Part shown: piece by piece, positions 10,807 to 19,249 of the stretch
How the letters are laid out: each line of letters begins with the position of its first letter
How positions within the stretch are numbered: position 1 is the first letter of the stretch
From: Synechococcus sp.
Lineage (GTDB): Bacteria > Cyanobacteriota > Cyanobacteriia > Thermostichales > PCC-7336
NCBI GenBank assembly: GCA_051439425.1
Contig: JBFRWD010000110.1
Coordinates: 28,601 to 92,600, forward strand
Length of the DNA stretch: 64,000 nucleotides
Direction of reading: 5' to 3'
Made by a program: the position numbers and the translations under genes
Notes under the pieces: model-generated
Database searches by the model: none
What the model was told of the DNA's origin: nothing
What the model saw: only the letters and a program-made list of their open reading frames with translations

Positions 10807-11775
10807 GTGGGTATGAGCGATCGCAATCCAACAGCTTTGCGGGTCACGTTTTTGGGCACCAGTTCGGGGGTTCCTACCCGAGCGCGGAACGTGTCGGGGA
10901 TAGCCTTACAGTTGCCGCAGCGCTCGGAGATGTGGCTGTTGGATTGTGGAGAAGCGACTCAACACCAAATTTTGCGCAATCCGCAGTTGAACTCGAATCA
11001 GACGCGGCGGATTTTTATCACCCACATGCACGGCGATCACATTTACGGTTTGCCTGGGTTTCTCTCGACGTTGGGGATGAGCAACGTGCCGCACGAGGTG
11101 GACATCTATGGCCCTCCCGGCTTGAAGGACTATTTGGAAGGGGTGTTGCGCTGGAGCGAAAGCCGGATCAACTATCCCTATCGGGTTCACGCGGTGGAAA
11201 CGGGGTTGTTGTTGGATGAGGGGGAGTATCAGGTGTACTGTGCTCCGCTGGACCACAGGGTGCAGGCGTTTGGCTATCGGATTGTGGAGAGCGATCGCCC
11301 CGGTACGTTCAACCTGGATAAGGCGAAGGCAGATGGGATTCCTCCGGGACCGGTGTACGGTCGGCTGAAGGCGGGCGAGAAGGTTGAGTTAGAGGATGGT
11401 CGCACGGTGGATGGACGCGATTATGTGGGGGCGGATGTGCCCGGTCGCAAGATGGCCTATTGCACCGATACGATTTTTTGCCGCAATGCGATCGATTTGG
11501 CGCGTGCTTCAGACTTATTAATTCACGAGGCAACGTTTGCTGAGCCGGATTTACACCTTGCTAAGCGGGCCAAGCATTCGACAGCAGCGATGGCAGCTCA
11601 GGTGGCGAAGGAAGCCAAGGTGGACACGTTGATGCTGACGCATTTCAGTCCTCGGTATGGCCCGGAAGGTCCGATTACGATGGAGGATTTGCAAGCGGAG
11701 GCGCAGGCAGTGTTTCCGAATACGTTGATGGCTCGCGATCGGCTTACCTACGAAATTCCTCGCAGGACCACTTGA
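10807..11775 (+). CDS. rnz: Ribonuclease Z
   Basis: FLGTSSGVPT, THMHGDH, the flexible arm GIPPGP, HEATF and THFSPRY. Confidence 0.96.
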   Translation: MGMSDRNPTALRVTFLGTSSGVPTRARNVSGIALQLPQRSEMWLLDCGEATQHQILRNPQLNSNQTRRIFITHMHGDHIYGLPGFLSTLGMSNVPHEVDIYGPPGLKDYLEGVLRWSESRINYPYRVHAVETGLLLDEGEYQVYCAPLDHRVQAFGYRIVESDRPGTFNLDKAKADGIPPGPVYGRLKAGEKVELEDGRTVDGRDYVGADVPGRKMAYCTDTIFCRNAIDLARASDLLIHEATFAEPDLHLAKRAKHSTAAMAAQVAKEAKVDTLMLTHFSPRYGPEGPITMEDLQAEAQAVFPNTLMARDRLTYEIPRRTT

Positions 11776-11916
11776 GTAAATACTTGCTAAGCTATATCTA
11801 ATTTCTTTCAGAAGAATTGTCCGACCTCGGCTCCACGAGGAAAGGTTAAAGGTCTTTCATGTCTTTTCGTAGCTATTTAGTTGCAAAGACTTTTTAAGGA
11901 GTACCCATAGTACTTA

Positions 11917-12426
11917 TTACTCAACACAATTATCTGTTTGCATGGGCACATATCTTGCCTCTCTAAGCAACGCAAGAGCTGCCACTGACTGTAAAAAGTC
12001 AAAGAGAGAGATTAGAAGACTTGTGGTCCCTGTCAGGCCTAAGAATAGGAAAACATAAAATTCTAAGGGGAGCGAATTAAAGAAATACAGAGATAAAGAA
12101 GTCGATTCAAGTGACACTTCAAACAGCAGCAGAAGCAGAATAAAGCTTTAGCCTAAGAGTAAGGATAATACAGCTCGGATCATATGCGTATTTGCCTGCA
12201 GGAGATGTAATATCTGCTCTTCTTTACTATCTCTAAGATTAATTAGAGCTATTTCCCTCTTCTTCTGCTGGGATTGATTCAAGTTCTGGTAAGAAAGAAG
12301 GAGTTCCCCTAATGATTTATCGACAAGAGGCTTGATATATGCAGCTATTAGGCTTACTAGAATACCAACAAAAACAACACTCACCCACCAAGAAAAGGAT
12401 GAGATATTTTTCAACAGTTGATCCAT
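11917..12426 (-). pseudogene. Low-GC membrane protein gene interrupted by a single in-frame TAA (12148-12150)
   Basis: ORFs 12148-12450 and 11917-12117 share one frame. Read-through gives ...AVLSLLLG*SFILLLLLFEVSLES..., a continuous hydrophobic helix. Confidence 0.6.
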
Positions 12427-12500
12427 CTTTGAGTCTTCTAAGCAAAGCAAGTCTGATTTATGTTACACCGTGGCAAGGTCAGACTAGATAGGCTTTTTCC

Positions 12501-13592
12501 TCATGTAAACCTGATGGCTGTGTCATTATCATTTGGCTCATCTATGGGATCGCTGAAAGCTTCCAGTAGTTGCCTTGCAGATGATGGCATATGCGGGAAG
12601 TAGAATTGGGCATCCCCAGCCGCAACTGTTGCCCAAAAATCTTGTAAGTCGGGGGCAAACTTTATCGCCTCATCTTTCGGCATCGACACTGGAGGTTCGG
12701 TCAGCAAACCGAGGATGAATCGCAAACTAGCCTTGCCGATCGCCTCCCTCGACTTCGCCTGCAACTCAGGATGCCCCTCCACCGACTCAAGCTTGTGTGA
12801 GGTTACGGACAATAACCGCTCCCCACTCTCATTCACCGACCCTTCCACAATCCGAAACGGATGGGGATAGCTGACCAAAGACCCTGTCGTAATTTCATAT
12901 AGCTCACCATCGCGAGCAATATCCTGCACGTGTAAGTGACCAGTCAGAATGAGATTGACCCCTGCCGCTTTCAACATTTGTCGTAGGCGAGCGGCGTTGT
13001 CTAGCATGTAGCGCCGTCCCATTGGATGCTTGGACTGATTGGGGAGATGCTCCAACACATTGTGGTGAATGGTCACAATTGTGAACTCGTCGTCCCGAGC
13101 TGCCAACACCGTTTCCAGCCACTGAAACTGTTCGTCATCCAAACAACCAAGCTGATTACCCTGGCGATCGAACATTGTGGAATTGAGGGCAATCAGGCGA
13201 ACGCCGGGAACGGGATTGCAGGTGTAGTAGAGCTGTTCCGAGTTGTCGTAACCGTAGTCGGAATAGAGGCGAGCAAAATCAGCTAAACCAATCGAAGACT
13301 CGCTAGCTAGTGGAGCACGGATGTCGTGGTTGCCCGGAATGACATAAACCGGAAACGGCAGCGTTTTTAGACTGTCTAGCAGCCATTGATGGTTTTCTGG
13401 CTCGCCGTCTTTCGTCAAATCCCCCGGCATAATCATGAAATCCAGTTCGTATGACTCCAGATGCTCTAGTACCCGTTGCCATGCCGGAATGCTGACTTCC
13501 AGAAGGTGAAACGCGCCCTCTCGTGGCTGAATGGTGTGGGGAAGTGCAATGTGCAAATCGCTAGCGATCGCAAAGCGAAACGGTTGGCGCAT
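12501..13592 (-). CDS. Metallophosphoesterase (CpdA-like)
   Basis: Motifs SDLH, PGDLTKDG, PGNHD, IHHN and TGHLH. Confidence 0.9.
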   Translation of the reverse strand: MRQPFRFAIASDLHIALPHTIQPREGAFHLLEVSIPAWQRVLEHLESYELDFMIMPGDLTKDGEPENHQWLLDSLKTLPFPVYVIPGNHDIRAPLASESSIGLADFARLYSDYGYDNSEQLYYTCNPVPGVRLIALNSTMFDRQGNQLGCLDDEQFQWLETVLAARDDEFTIVTIHHNVLEHLPNQSKHPMGRRYMLDNAARLRQMLKAAGVNLILTGHLHVQDIARDGELYEITTGSLVSYPHPFRIVEGSVNESGERLLSVTSHKLESVEGHPELQAKSREAIGKASLRFILGLLTEPPVSMPKDEAIKFAPDLQDFWATVAAGDAQFYFPHMPSSARQLLEAFSDPIDEPNDNDTAIRFT

Positions 13593-13631
13593 GATAGTTG
13601 GGCAACAACAGCAACGCTTCTGATTCTCCCA

Positions 13632-14213
13632 TCAAGCCCCAAAATAATCCGGCGCGTTCCCCGGCTTCCACTTGATGTTGCAGCCAATACTCGGCATCTG
13701 CTCCGCACTGACTGGAGTTGCCGCTAAAACCGCATCCATCGCCGCCCGCAAATCGGCCCCCGTCACGGGCTTACCATTGCCGAGACGACTTTCGTCTAGC
13801 TGTCCGCGATAGGCTAAGCGGAGATCGCTACCAAACAAGAAGAAATCCGGCGTGCAAGCCGCCGTGTATGCCTTCGCTACCGCCTGTGTTTCGTCGTAAC
13901 ACGCATAAAAATTCCAGCCCAGATCGGCAGCCATCTGCTTGAATTTCTCCGGAGAATCCGCCGGATAGTTGTCCACATCATTGGCCGTCACTGCCACGAT
14001 GGAGAGGCGATCGCCATAATCTCGTCCGATACGAGTTAGCTCATCCTGCACGTGTTTTACAAACGGGCAGTGACAGCAGATAAACATCATCAATACCGGC
14101 TTATCTGCAGGTAGGTCGGCTAGGGATAGCGACTTTCCCAAGACAACTTCGGGTAACTCAAACTCTGGAGCAGCAGTCCCCAGCGCCAACATCGTTGAAG
14201 GTGTCAGACTCAC
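13632..14213 (-). CDS. Thioredoxin-fold / AhpC-TSA family protein
   Basis: APEFELP, MFICCHCPFV, YTAACTPDFF, YRGQLD and SIGCNIKW; GTG start at 14213 preceded by GGAGG. Confidence 0.88.
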   Translation of the reverse strand: MSLTPSTMLALGTAAPEFELPEVVLGKSLSLADLPADKPVLMMFICCHCPFVKHVQDELTRIGRDYGDRLSIVAVTANDVDNYPADSPEKFKQMAADLGWNFYACYDETQAVAKAYTAACTPDFFLFGSDLRLAYRGQLDESRLGNGKPVTGADLRAAMDAVLAATPVSAEQMPSIGCNIKWKPGNAPDYFGA

Positions 14214-14291
14214 AATTGCGCCTCCCAAGGACAGTCCCGAGTTAAATTCGGTCCGGTCTCAATCTGTCTCGAACGTGTTCAACAAGCAAAT

Positions 14292-15164
14292 CTAGCAGTG
14301 GCAGAAGGGAACAACCAATAGTGGTAGACATGCAATCCAAGCCCAGTACCAACTGCGATCGCGGTCCAAATCGAAACTAGCGCGATCGTCTAGCAGTGCG
14401 TCGATCCGAGTTTCCAATCGAGTGACATCGCTATCGTCACCAAAGGCTGCCATTAATTCACCGGAGGGTAAAGGAGCGCTGGCCACTTGAAAGAGCGCTT
14501 CTGCCAGAACGAGGCGATCGCAGCGAGTTGCCGCCATTGCATCCGCCCTTAGCTCCCGCAGCAGTAACAGCCGTTGCCACAATGCTTCATTGTTGGGTAG
14601 CCATCCCCCAATCTGGCGCAACCAGCCCAACCAGAAAAACCAAAACGTATCGTGAAAGTGCTCGTGGGCTTGCTCGTGTTGCAAAACTGCTTTAACTTGC
14701 TCATCAGACAACTGACTCAGCAATCCTTGGCTCAACAGCAAGTCGGAGTTCCAAAAGCCTACTCGGGCTGCGAATGGTAACTGGTGAGGTAAGACACGAC
14801 CGGTATGGCCATCAAAATGACATAAGGGATAGCAGCCTAATTGGTTAATCGATCGCCAGCCATTCCAACTCCTGCGTACCAAGACTAATAGCGCCACCGC
14901 CAGCAGCCCAACCGAGAGAATATGGCTAATCAGGCTGACACAAGGGCTGGTCTGGACATGCATGTGCATGTGCCCGCTGGGACCCATCAGCACAACGGCA
15001 AAACCCGCAGCAACGATGAGTAGAGGAGGTAGGGCGAAGGCCAGCAGGGTGCGCAGCCATTCGTGCTGAGTAACAGTATCGTTCTGCCCTCGCTGTCCCC
15101 AGAGGGGCAGCAGTCGGATGGCGATCGCCACCCCAAACGTCATCGCCAACAGCAGCAAATGCAT
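14292..15164 (-). CDS. petP: BlaR1/M56-family membrane metalloprotease, probable copper-sensing protease PetP
   Basis: HEQAH zinc motif, ELRAD, TM helices, MH- N-terminus and a His-rich loop GHMHMH; 5 nt downstream of the BlaI-family gene. Confidence 0.75.
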   Translation of the reverse strand: MHLLLLAMTFGVAIAIRLLPLWGQRGQNDTVTQHEWLRTLLAFALPPLLIVAAGFAVVLMGPSGHMHMHVQTSPCVSLISHILSVGLLAVALLVLVRRSWNGWRSINQLGCYPLCHFDGHTGRVLPHQLPFAARVGFWNSDLLLSQGLLSQLSDEQVKAVLQHEQAHEHFHDTFWFFWLGWLRQIGGWLPNNEALWQRLLLLRELRADAMAATRCDRLVLAEALFQVASAPLPSGELMAAFGDDSDVTRLETRIDALLDDRASFDLDRDRSWYWAWIACLPLLVVPFCHC

Positions 15165-15169
15165 TGGCC

Positions 15170-15586
15170 TTATCCCTCGCGCTGCTGGCGGGCGTCACTC
15201 AAGCGCTGAGCGATCGCTGACATTTTCTCGACGCTGGCAGCATCCAAGCTATCGGCAAATGCTGCGACGACATCGGGGTTACCAATGGCCAGAAACTCTT
15301 GTAACTTAGCGTGAGCTTGCAGGCTACGGGCTTCAGCTTCTGTGAACAGTGCTTGCCAGTGAAAACTGCGGTTGGTTTTGTTGCAGGATAACCAACCTTT
15401 ATTCGTTAACCGGCTCAGGATCGTGCTTACGGAGGTGTAGGCTAGCTCGCGATCGGGATCCATCAAAATATGCTCGTGGACATCGCGAACGGAGACGGAG
15501 CCCAGTTTCCATATTATGGACAAAATTTCTTGTTCCAATGGCCCCAGCGATAACTGTTTGGGGCGTCGGTCTGGCAGTGATGGCAT
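15170..15586 (-). CDS. petR: BlaI/MecI/CopY-family regulator, probable PetR
   Basis: PKQLSLGPLEQEILSIIW...ELAYTSVSTILSRL..KGWL; paired with an M56 protease, as in the cyanobacterial petRP operon. Confidence 0.8.
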   Translation of the reverse strand: MPSLPDRRPKQLSLGPLEQEILSIIWKLGSVSVRDVHEHILMDPDRELAYTSVSTILSRLTNKGWLSCNKTNRSFHWQALFTEAEARSLQAHAKLQEFLAIGNPDVVAAFADSLDAASVEKMSAIAQRLSDARQQREG

Positions 15587-15777
15587 TCAGAGAACCTAAC
15601 TGACTCATTGATATTTTATAGGGATTCGTCCTTGGCCCTTCGTCATTTGTCATTTGTTTTAGCGATCGGTGTTGTGGGGGTTGACTACCTGAGGAACTGG
15701 GGCTGTGGGCTGGAGGCGAGCTTGGGAACAATAAGGGGGGACAGCACGCTCGCAATGCGACTGGCCCAGCAGGAGGA

Positions 15778-15903
15778 ATGATGTCGTCTCTAACGTCCCA
15801 ACAAAAGTCACTACTTTTGGGACTGCTTTGTATTGCGGTTGGATTATTCCCGCTTGCTCATGCCTTCGAGCTCCTTTGGAACAAGCGAAACCAGATAAAT
15901 TGA
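15778..15903 (+). CDS. Putative 41-aa single-pass membrane peptide (not in the ORF track)
   Basis: AGGAGG at 15771-15776 before ATGATG; MMSSLTSQQKSLLLGLLCIAVGLFPLAHAFELLWNKRNQIN. Confidence 0.4.
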   Translation: MMSSLTSQQKSLLLGLLCIAVGLFPLAHAFELLWNKRNQIN

Positions 15904-15932
15904 GAATTGAGTTCAGAATTTGGGCAACTAAC

Positions 15933-16964
15933 TTACTGGGTCTGAAAAATATTTTGCACCATTTGTCTGGGCGATTGTGCTGCTGCGTTTTCCAATTCCT
16001 CGACTTCTGCAGTGGTCAATTGCCACCCCATAGCATCAATATTTGCTTTAGCCTGTTGCAACGTTTTTGCCCCTGGAATTGGAATGGCTCCTTTGGCCAT
16101 ACACCAATTAATTGCGACTTGTGCCATCGATTTGCCCCGGACTGTCGCAACGTCCTGCAAGCAGTTCAGCAGTGGCTGAATCCCTGGCAAAATCTGCCGA
16201 AAGACAAATCCTCTCAAGCCAGATGGTAGCTTTCCTCCAACTGCGTACTTACCCGTTAATAAGCCCAGTGCAAGCGGGCTGTAGGCAATCAAGCGAATCC
16301 CCAATTCGTCGCAAACGGATTTAATGCCCAACTCGGTTTCGGGATATCGAGATAGCAGTGAGTACTGCACCTGCAGCGACACAATAGAAATGCCGCGATC
16401 GCGCAGTATCCGGTGTGCCTGTCTCAACATCTTCGGCCCGTAATTCGACAGGCCAATCCCTTTCACCAAGCCGAGATCGCACAAATCCCCCAGCCCGTTG
16501 AGGAGCGGCTGCTCCTGCCAAGGGGCATAGTTTGACGGCGACCAATGCATCTGAGCCAAATCGACAGGGCGTTGCAATCGTCGAGCAGAACCCTTGCATG
16601 CCCGCACCATTGACGACCGTGTTAGCCGCCACGGGTAGGCTGCCAGCTTTGTGGCAATACAGATGCGATCGCTATTCGGTCCCTCATACTCTGCTGCAAA
16701 CTGCCCCAACAATTGCTCGCTGCGCCCATTCAAGCGTCCGGTGCCGTAAGAGTCCCCCGTATCAAACAGCGTGACCCCCCGCTCCACACACAGGTTAAAC
16801 ACCTGCTGAAGTTCACTATCCATGTCAGAACTGTATCCCCACAGCAAACGATTCCCCCAAGCCCAAGTGCCGCAACCCATGGGTGGTAGCTGCAACTTTG
16901 ATGATGGCTGGTAGGGAAAATTACGATCGCTCAATTGCGTGGATTCAGGTACGTAGTGGGCCAA
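15933..16964 (-). CDS. Aldo/keto reductase
   Basis: GCGTWAWG, FDTGDSYG, ATKLA, GLSNYG, AYSPLALG and IPGAKT. Confidence 0.93.
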   Translation of the reverse strand: MAHYVPESTQLSDRNFPYQPSSKLQLPPMGCGTWAWGNRLLWGYSSDMDSELQQVFNLCVERGVTLFDTGDSYGTGRLNGRSEQLLGQFAAEYEGPNSDRICIATKLAAYPWRLTRSSMVRACKGSARRLQRPVDLAQMHWSPSNYAPWQEQPLLNGLGDLCDLGLVKGIGLSNYGPKMLRQAHRILRDRGISIVSLQVQYSLLSRYPETELGIKSVCDELGIRLIAYSPLALGLLTGKYAVGGKLPSGLRGFVFRQILPGIQPLLNCLQDVATVRGKSMAQVAINWCMAKGAIPIPGAKTLQQAKANIDAMGWQLTTAEVEELENAAAQSPRQMVQNIFQTQ

Positions 16965-17367
16965 TCGTCAGCAGGGATAGAGGGCACGAAGTTCTTTCAG
17001 TGGATGCCGAAAAGTCCGCCCCCAAACCGCCTTGCCCCTTTCGAATTGCAAGGCAGCGTTACCGTATAGCGAAATAGCCCTGCAAACCAGGTTAAGTTGG
17101 AGAGAGATGCACAAGCAATAGCGAAGTGCTTAAAGATAGTCTTGTGTCGTGTCAACGCAGCAAGGCGGTTGCCCTCCGGTCTTGCCAAAATTCAAATGAT
17201 TCAATTTTCGATGGTTTGCAGGCTTTTGCCCGCAGCTCTCCAGCGGCTTTGAGCCAGTAATTGTTAACACTAGCAATCCCACTCCTGTGAGCGATTGGAC
17301 GCTAACCGTTCGAACCCGCAAAACACTATCCCCTGTTTCACCTCTCGGCCCTTACAGCCTCCGTCAG

Positions 17368-17697
17368 ATGGCCAACTTAGATAGCAGTCAACCTACCACG
17401 ACTGACCCACCCCCAGAACAGACACAACATCTCATTCGAGCGATCGCCAATCGTCTACGACAGACAGAAAACCACCGGCGCGATCGCTTGATTCGATATG
17501 CCAGACTGCGCACGCGAATCAAAGGCCCCGCCGCTGCCAGCGCATTTCCCTCGAAATCAGCAGCCGGCACCCAACAGTGCTGCACAAACTGCCAGTATTT
17601 TGCCGATATTCCTCAGATGGTCTGCGCCCTCCATCCCGAAGGGCCATCAGATCTCGGTTGTTCTGACTGTATTCCTCACTCCGAAGTGCATATTTGA
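17368..17697 (+). CDS. Hypothetical protein with a C-terminal Cys cluster (DUF6464-like)
   Basis: CCTNCQYF...CALHPEGP...CSDC C-terminal motif; ATG at 17368 taken as the start. Confidence 0.6.
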   Translation: MANLDSSQPTTTDPPPEQTQHLIRAIANRLRQTENHRRDRLIRYARLRTRIKGPAAASAFPSKSAAGTQQCCTNCQYFADIPQMVCALHPEGPSDLGCSDCIPHSEVHI

Positions 17698-17709
17698 GAA
17701 GCGAGAATA

Positions 17710-17723
17710 GTATCCACCGTTAC
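17710..17723 (+). promoter_or_regulatory. NtcA box (distal)
   Basis: GTA-TCCACCGT-TAC is an exact GTA-N8-TAC. Confidence 0.55.
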
Positions 17724-17741
17724 TTTTTCGGACGATTAGGC

Positions 17742-17776
17742 TTGACAACGACGGGGCAAACGGTAACAATGAATAC
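17742..17776 (+). promoter_or_regulatory. Sigma70-type promoter with an overlapping NtcA box
   Basis: TTGACA (17742-17747)-N17-AACAAT (17765-17770); GTA-ACAATGAA-TAC at 17763-17776 covers the -10. Confidence 0.65.
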
Positions 17777-17784
17777 AGAAATCA

Positions 17785-17862
17785 ATCGTTCATCTTCTCG
17801 GGTTAAGTTTTTCTCCCGGTTGAGAAGACGGAAGTAGGGAGTCTCTCCCGAAGGAACGCGCC
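17785..17862 (+). ncRNA. Glutamine riboswitch (glnA RNA motif, glutamine-I)
   Basis: ATCGTTCA-[P2 TCTTCTC...GAGAAGA]-CGGAAGTA-[P3 GGGAG...CTCCC]-GAAGGAACGCGCC matches the glnA motif consensus and lies upstream of a DUF4278-type ORF. Confidence 0.92.
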
Positions 17863-17927
17863 TCTCGTGACGTCCTTACACCCGTCACACATTAACGAAA
17901 CAACTCGTATAAATTGAGGCGAAGCAT

Positions 17928-18095
17928 ATGGATATTCTCTATCGCGGTCACCACATTGATTATCAACCTCCTCAGGTTAATTCCACTGCAGAGGTTCTAA
18001 CTGGTAAGTTCCGCGGACACAATTTCCGCGTCCGCAAGCAGGCACGTATCGATCTAGCCGTATCTCCCTACAAAATGAAGTATCGCGGTCACTAG
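17928..18095 (+). CDS. DUF4278-family small protein, 55 aa (not in the ORF track)
   Basis: MDILYRGHHIDYQPPQVNSTAEVLTGKFRGHNFRVRKQARIDLAVSPYKMKYRGH; SD GAGGCG at 17916-17921; YRG/FRG/YRG pattern. Confidence 0.85.
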   Translation: MDILYRGHHIDYQPPQVNSTAEVLTGKFRGHNFRVRKQARIDLAVSPYKMKYRGH

Positions 18096-18120
18096 ATCCA
18101 CAACTTATCCTTTCTTGCGT

Positions 18121-18150
18121 GGGGCAGCTTAATTGGCTGTCCCCTTTTTT
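18121..18150 (+). terminator. Intrinsic terminator after the DUF4278 gene
   Basis: GGGGCAGC-TTAATTG-GCTGTCCC hairpin followed by a T tract. Confidence 0.75.
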
Positions 18151-18191
18151 ATGTCTTCGGACTATTAAACCGGATCGAACATCCGTTTGGG

Positions 18192-18869
18192 TTACTCGAT
18201 TGCCTCGATATTGCCGGCCTTAATCCACCCCTCTAGCCCGTTAAAGTCACGACGAATTCGCTGCCAACTACCGTCACCACTAGAGTCCAAGATCGTGACG
18301 GTTTCATTAAACGCTAGCCCCCCCAAATAAGCAGCTTCAACGCTGGGATCGGCTCGAATGGCCAAACCTATAGGCTCGATGACTCGACCCCTAGCGATAG
18401 TATTTGCCACAGGTTCGGATTCGATTGGAGCGTCTAGAGTGGTGTCGTTGGTTGAAGGATCGGGCACGATCGCCTCAGTACTCTCCACCGCTTCAGAACT
18501 CGCAGTCGCATTTGAATCAACTGCGTCTTCCGTACCTTCGACTTCTTCTACCGAGCTAGCAGCTACATCGGTCTGCGGGTTTTCCGACTCGATACCGGCC
18601 TCCGACTCAAAGTTGTCGTCAGATGCGGAGGACGAAGAACCGATGGGAGCTTCTGCCAAAAAGGGAGGGGGAGGGGGAGTCCTAAACATGGGGTGGATCC
18701 AGCGATTGATTTGGATGTAAATCCCGGCTCCGACTCCGATCACCAAGCCCCAAATGGTGAGGGAAACCCAAGGCACTTGGCGGCGAGGTGCAGGAGGAGG
18801 CGCCGTTCGGCGCCGAGTAGCCGCAGGACGCTGGCGGGGGATAGGTCTGGGACGAGGGGGCTGATTCAT
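18192..18869 (-). CDS. Membrane-anchored protein with a C-terminal SH3b domain
   Basis: Pro/Arg-rich N-terminus, TM helix, acidic linker and GLAIRADPS...WQRIR...EGWIKAGNI. Confidence 0.8.
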   Translation of the reverse strand: MNQPPRPRPIPRQRPAATRRRTAPPPAPRRQVPWVSLTIWGLVIGVGAGIYIQINRWIHPMFRTPPPPPFLAEAPIGSSSSASDDNFESEAGIESENPQTDVAASSVEEVEGTEDAVDSNATASSEAVESTEAIVPDPSTNDTTLDAPIESEPVANTIARGRVIEPIGLAIRADPSVEAAYLGGLAFNETVTILDSSGDGSWQRIRRDFNGLEGWIKAGNIEAIE

Positions 18870-19249
18870 AGCGTCTTGAGAAGGGTTGTTCCTGATGCGT
18901 GGCAGGAAACCCCACAGTTAGTAATTAGAGGATTTGTCGGTGTGGGAATAGGGGCGCAACACTAGCGGGGATCGAACAACAGTTGATGGTGTTTGTCAGA
19001 AGCTATTGTACGTACTGAGTCAAACACAGCAAATTCCGAACAGCACAGACTATCCGTTGTGAAAATCATTAACCCCAATCCGTCATCGATCGATCGGGCA
19101 CCAGTAGGCCAAGGGCAAGGCCGATCTGTTCGATCCGTGTCTGGCAAGAGTTGGCGTTGTCTTAACCCCCTTGACCTTACCGGGTATTCAGCTCCAATTA
19201 GCGCAGGTCCAATTAGCACAGGCCCAGCTAGCCATGCAGGCGGCTCTAG

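Noticed and set aside
18870..19249. Possible cobalamin riboswitch upstream of cobD
   Set aside because: No B12-box or conserved GGGAA/GCCACTG core is recognisable.
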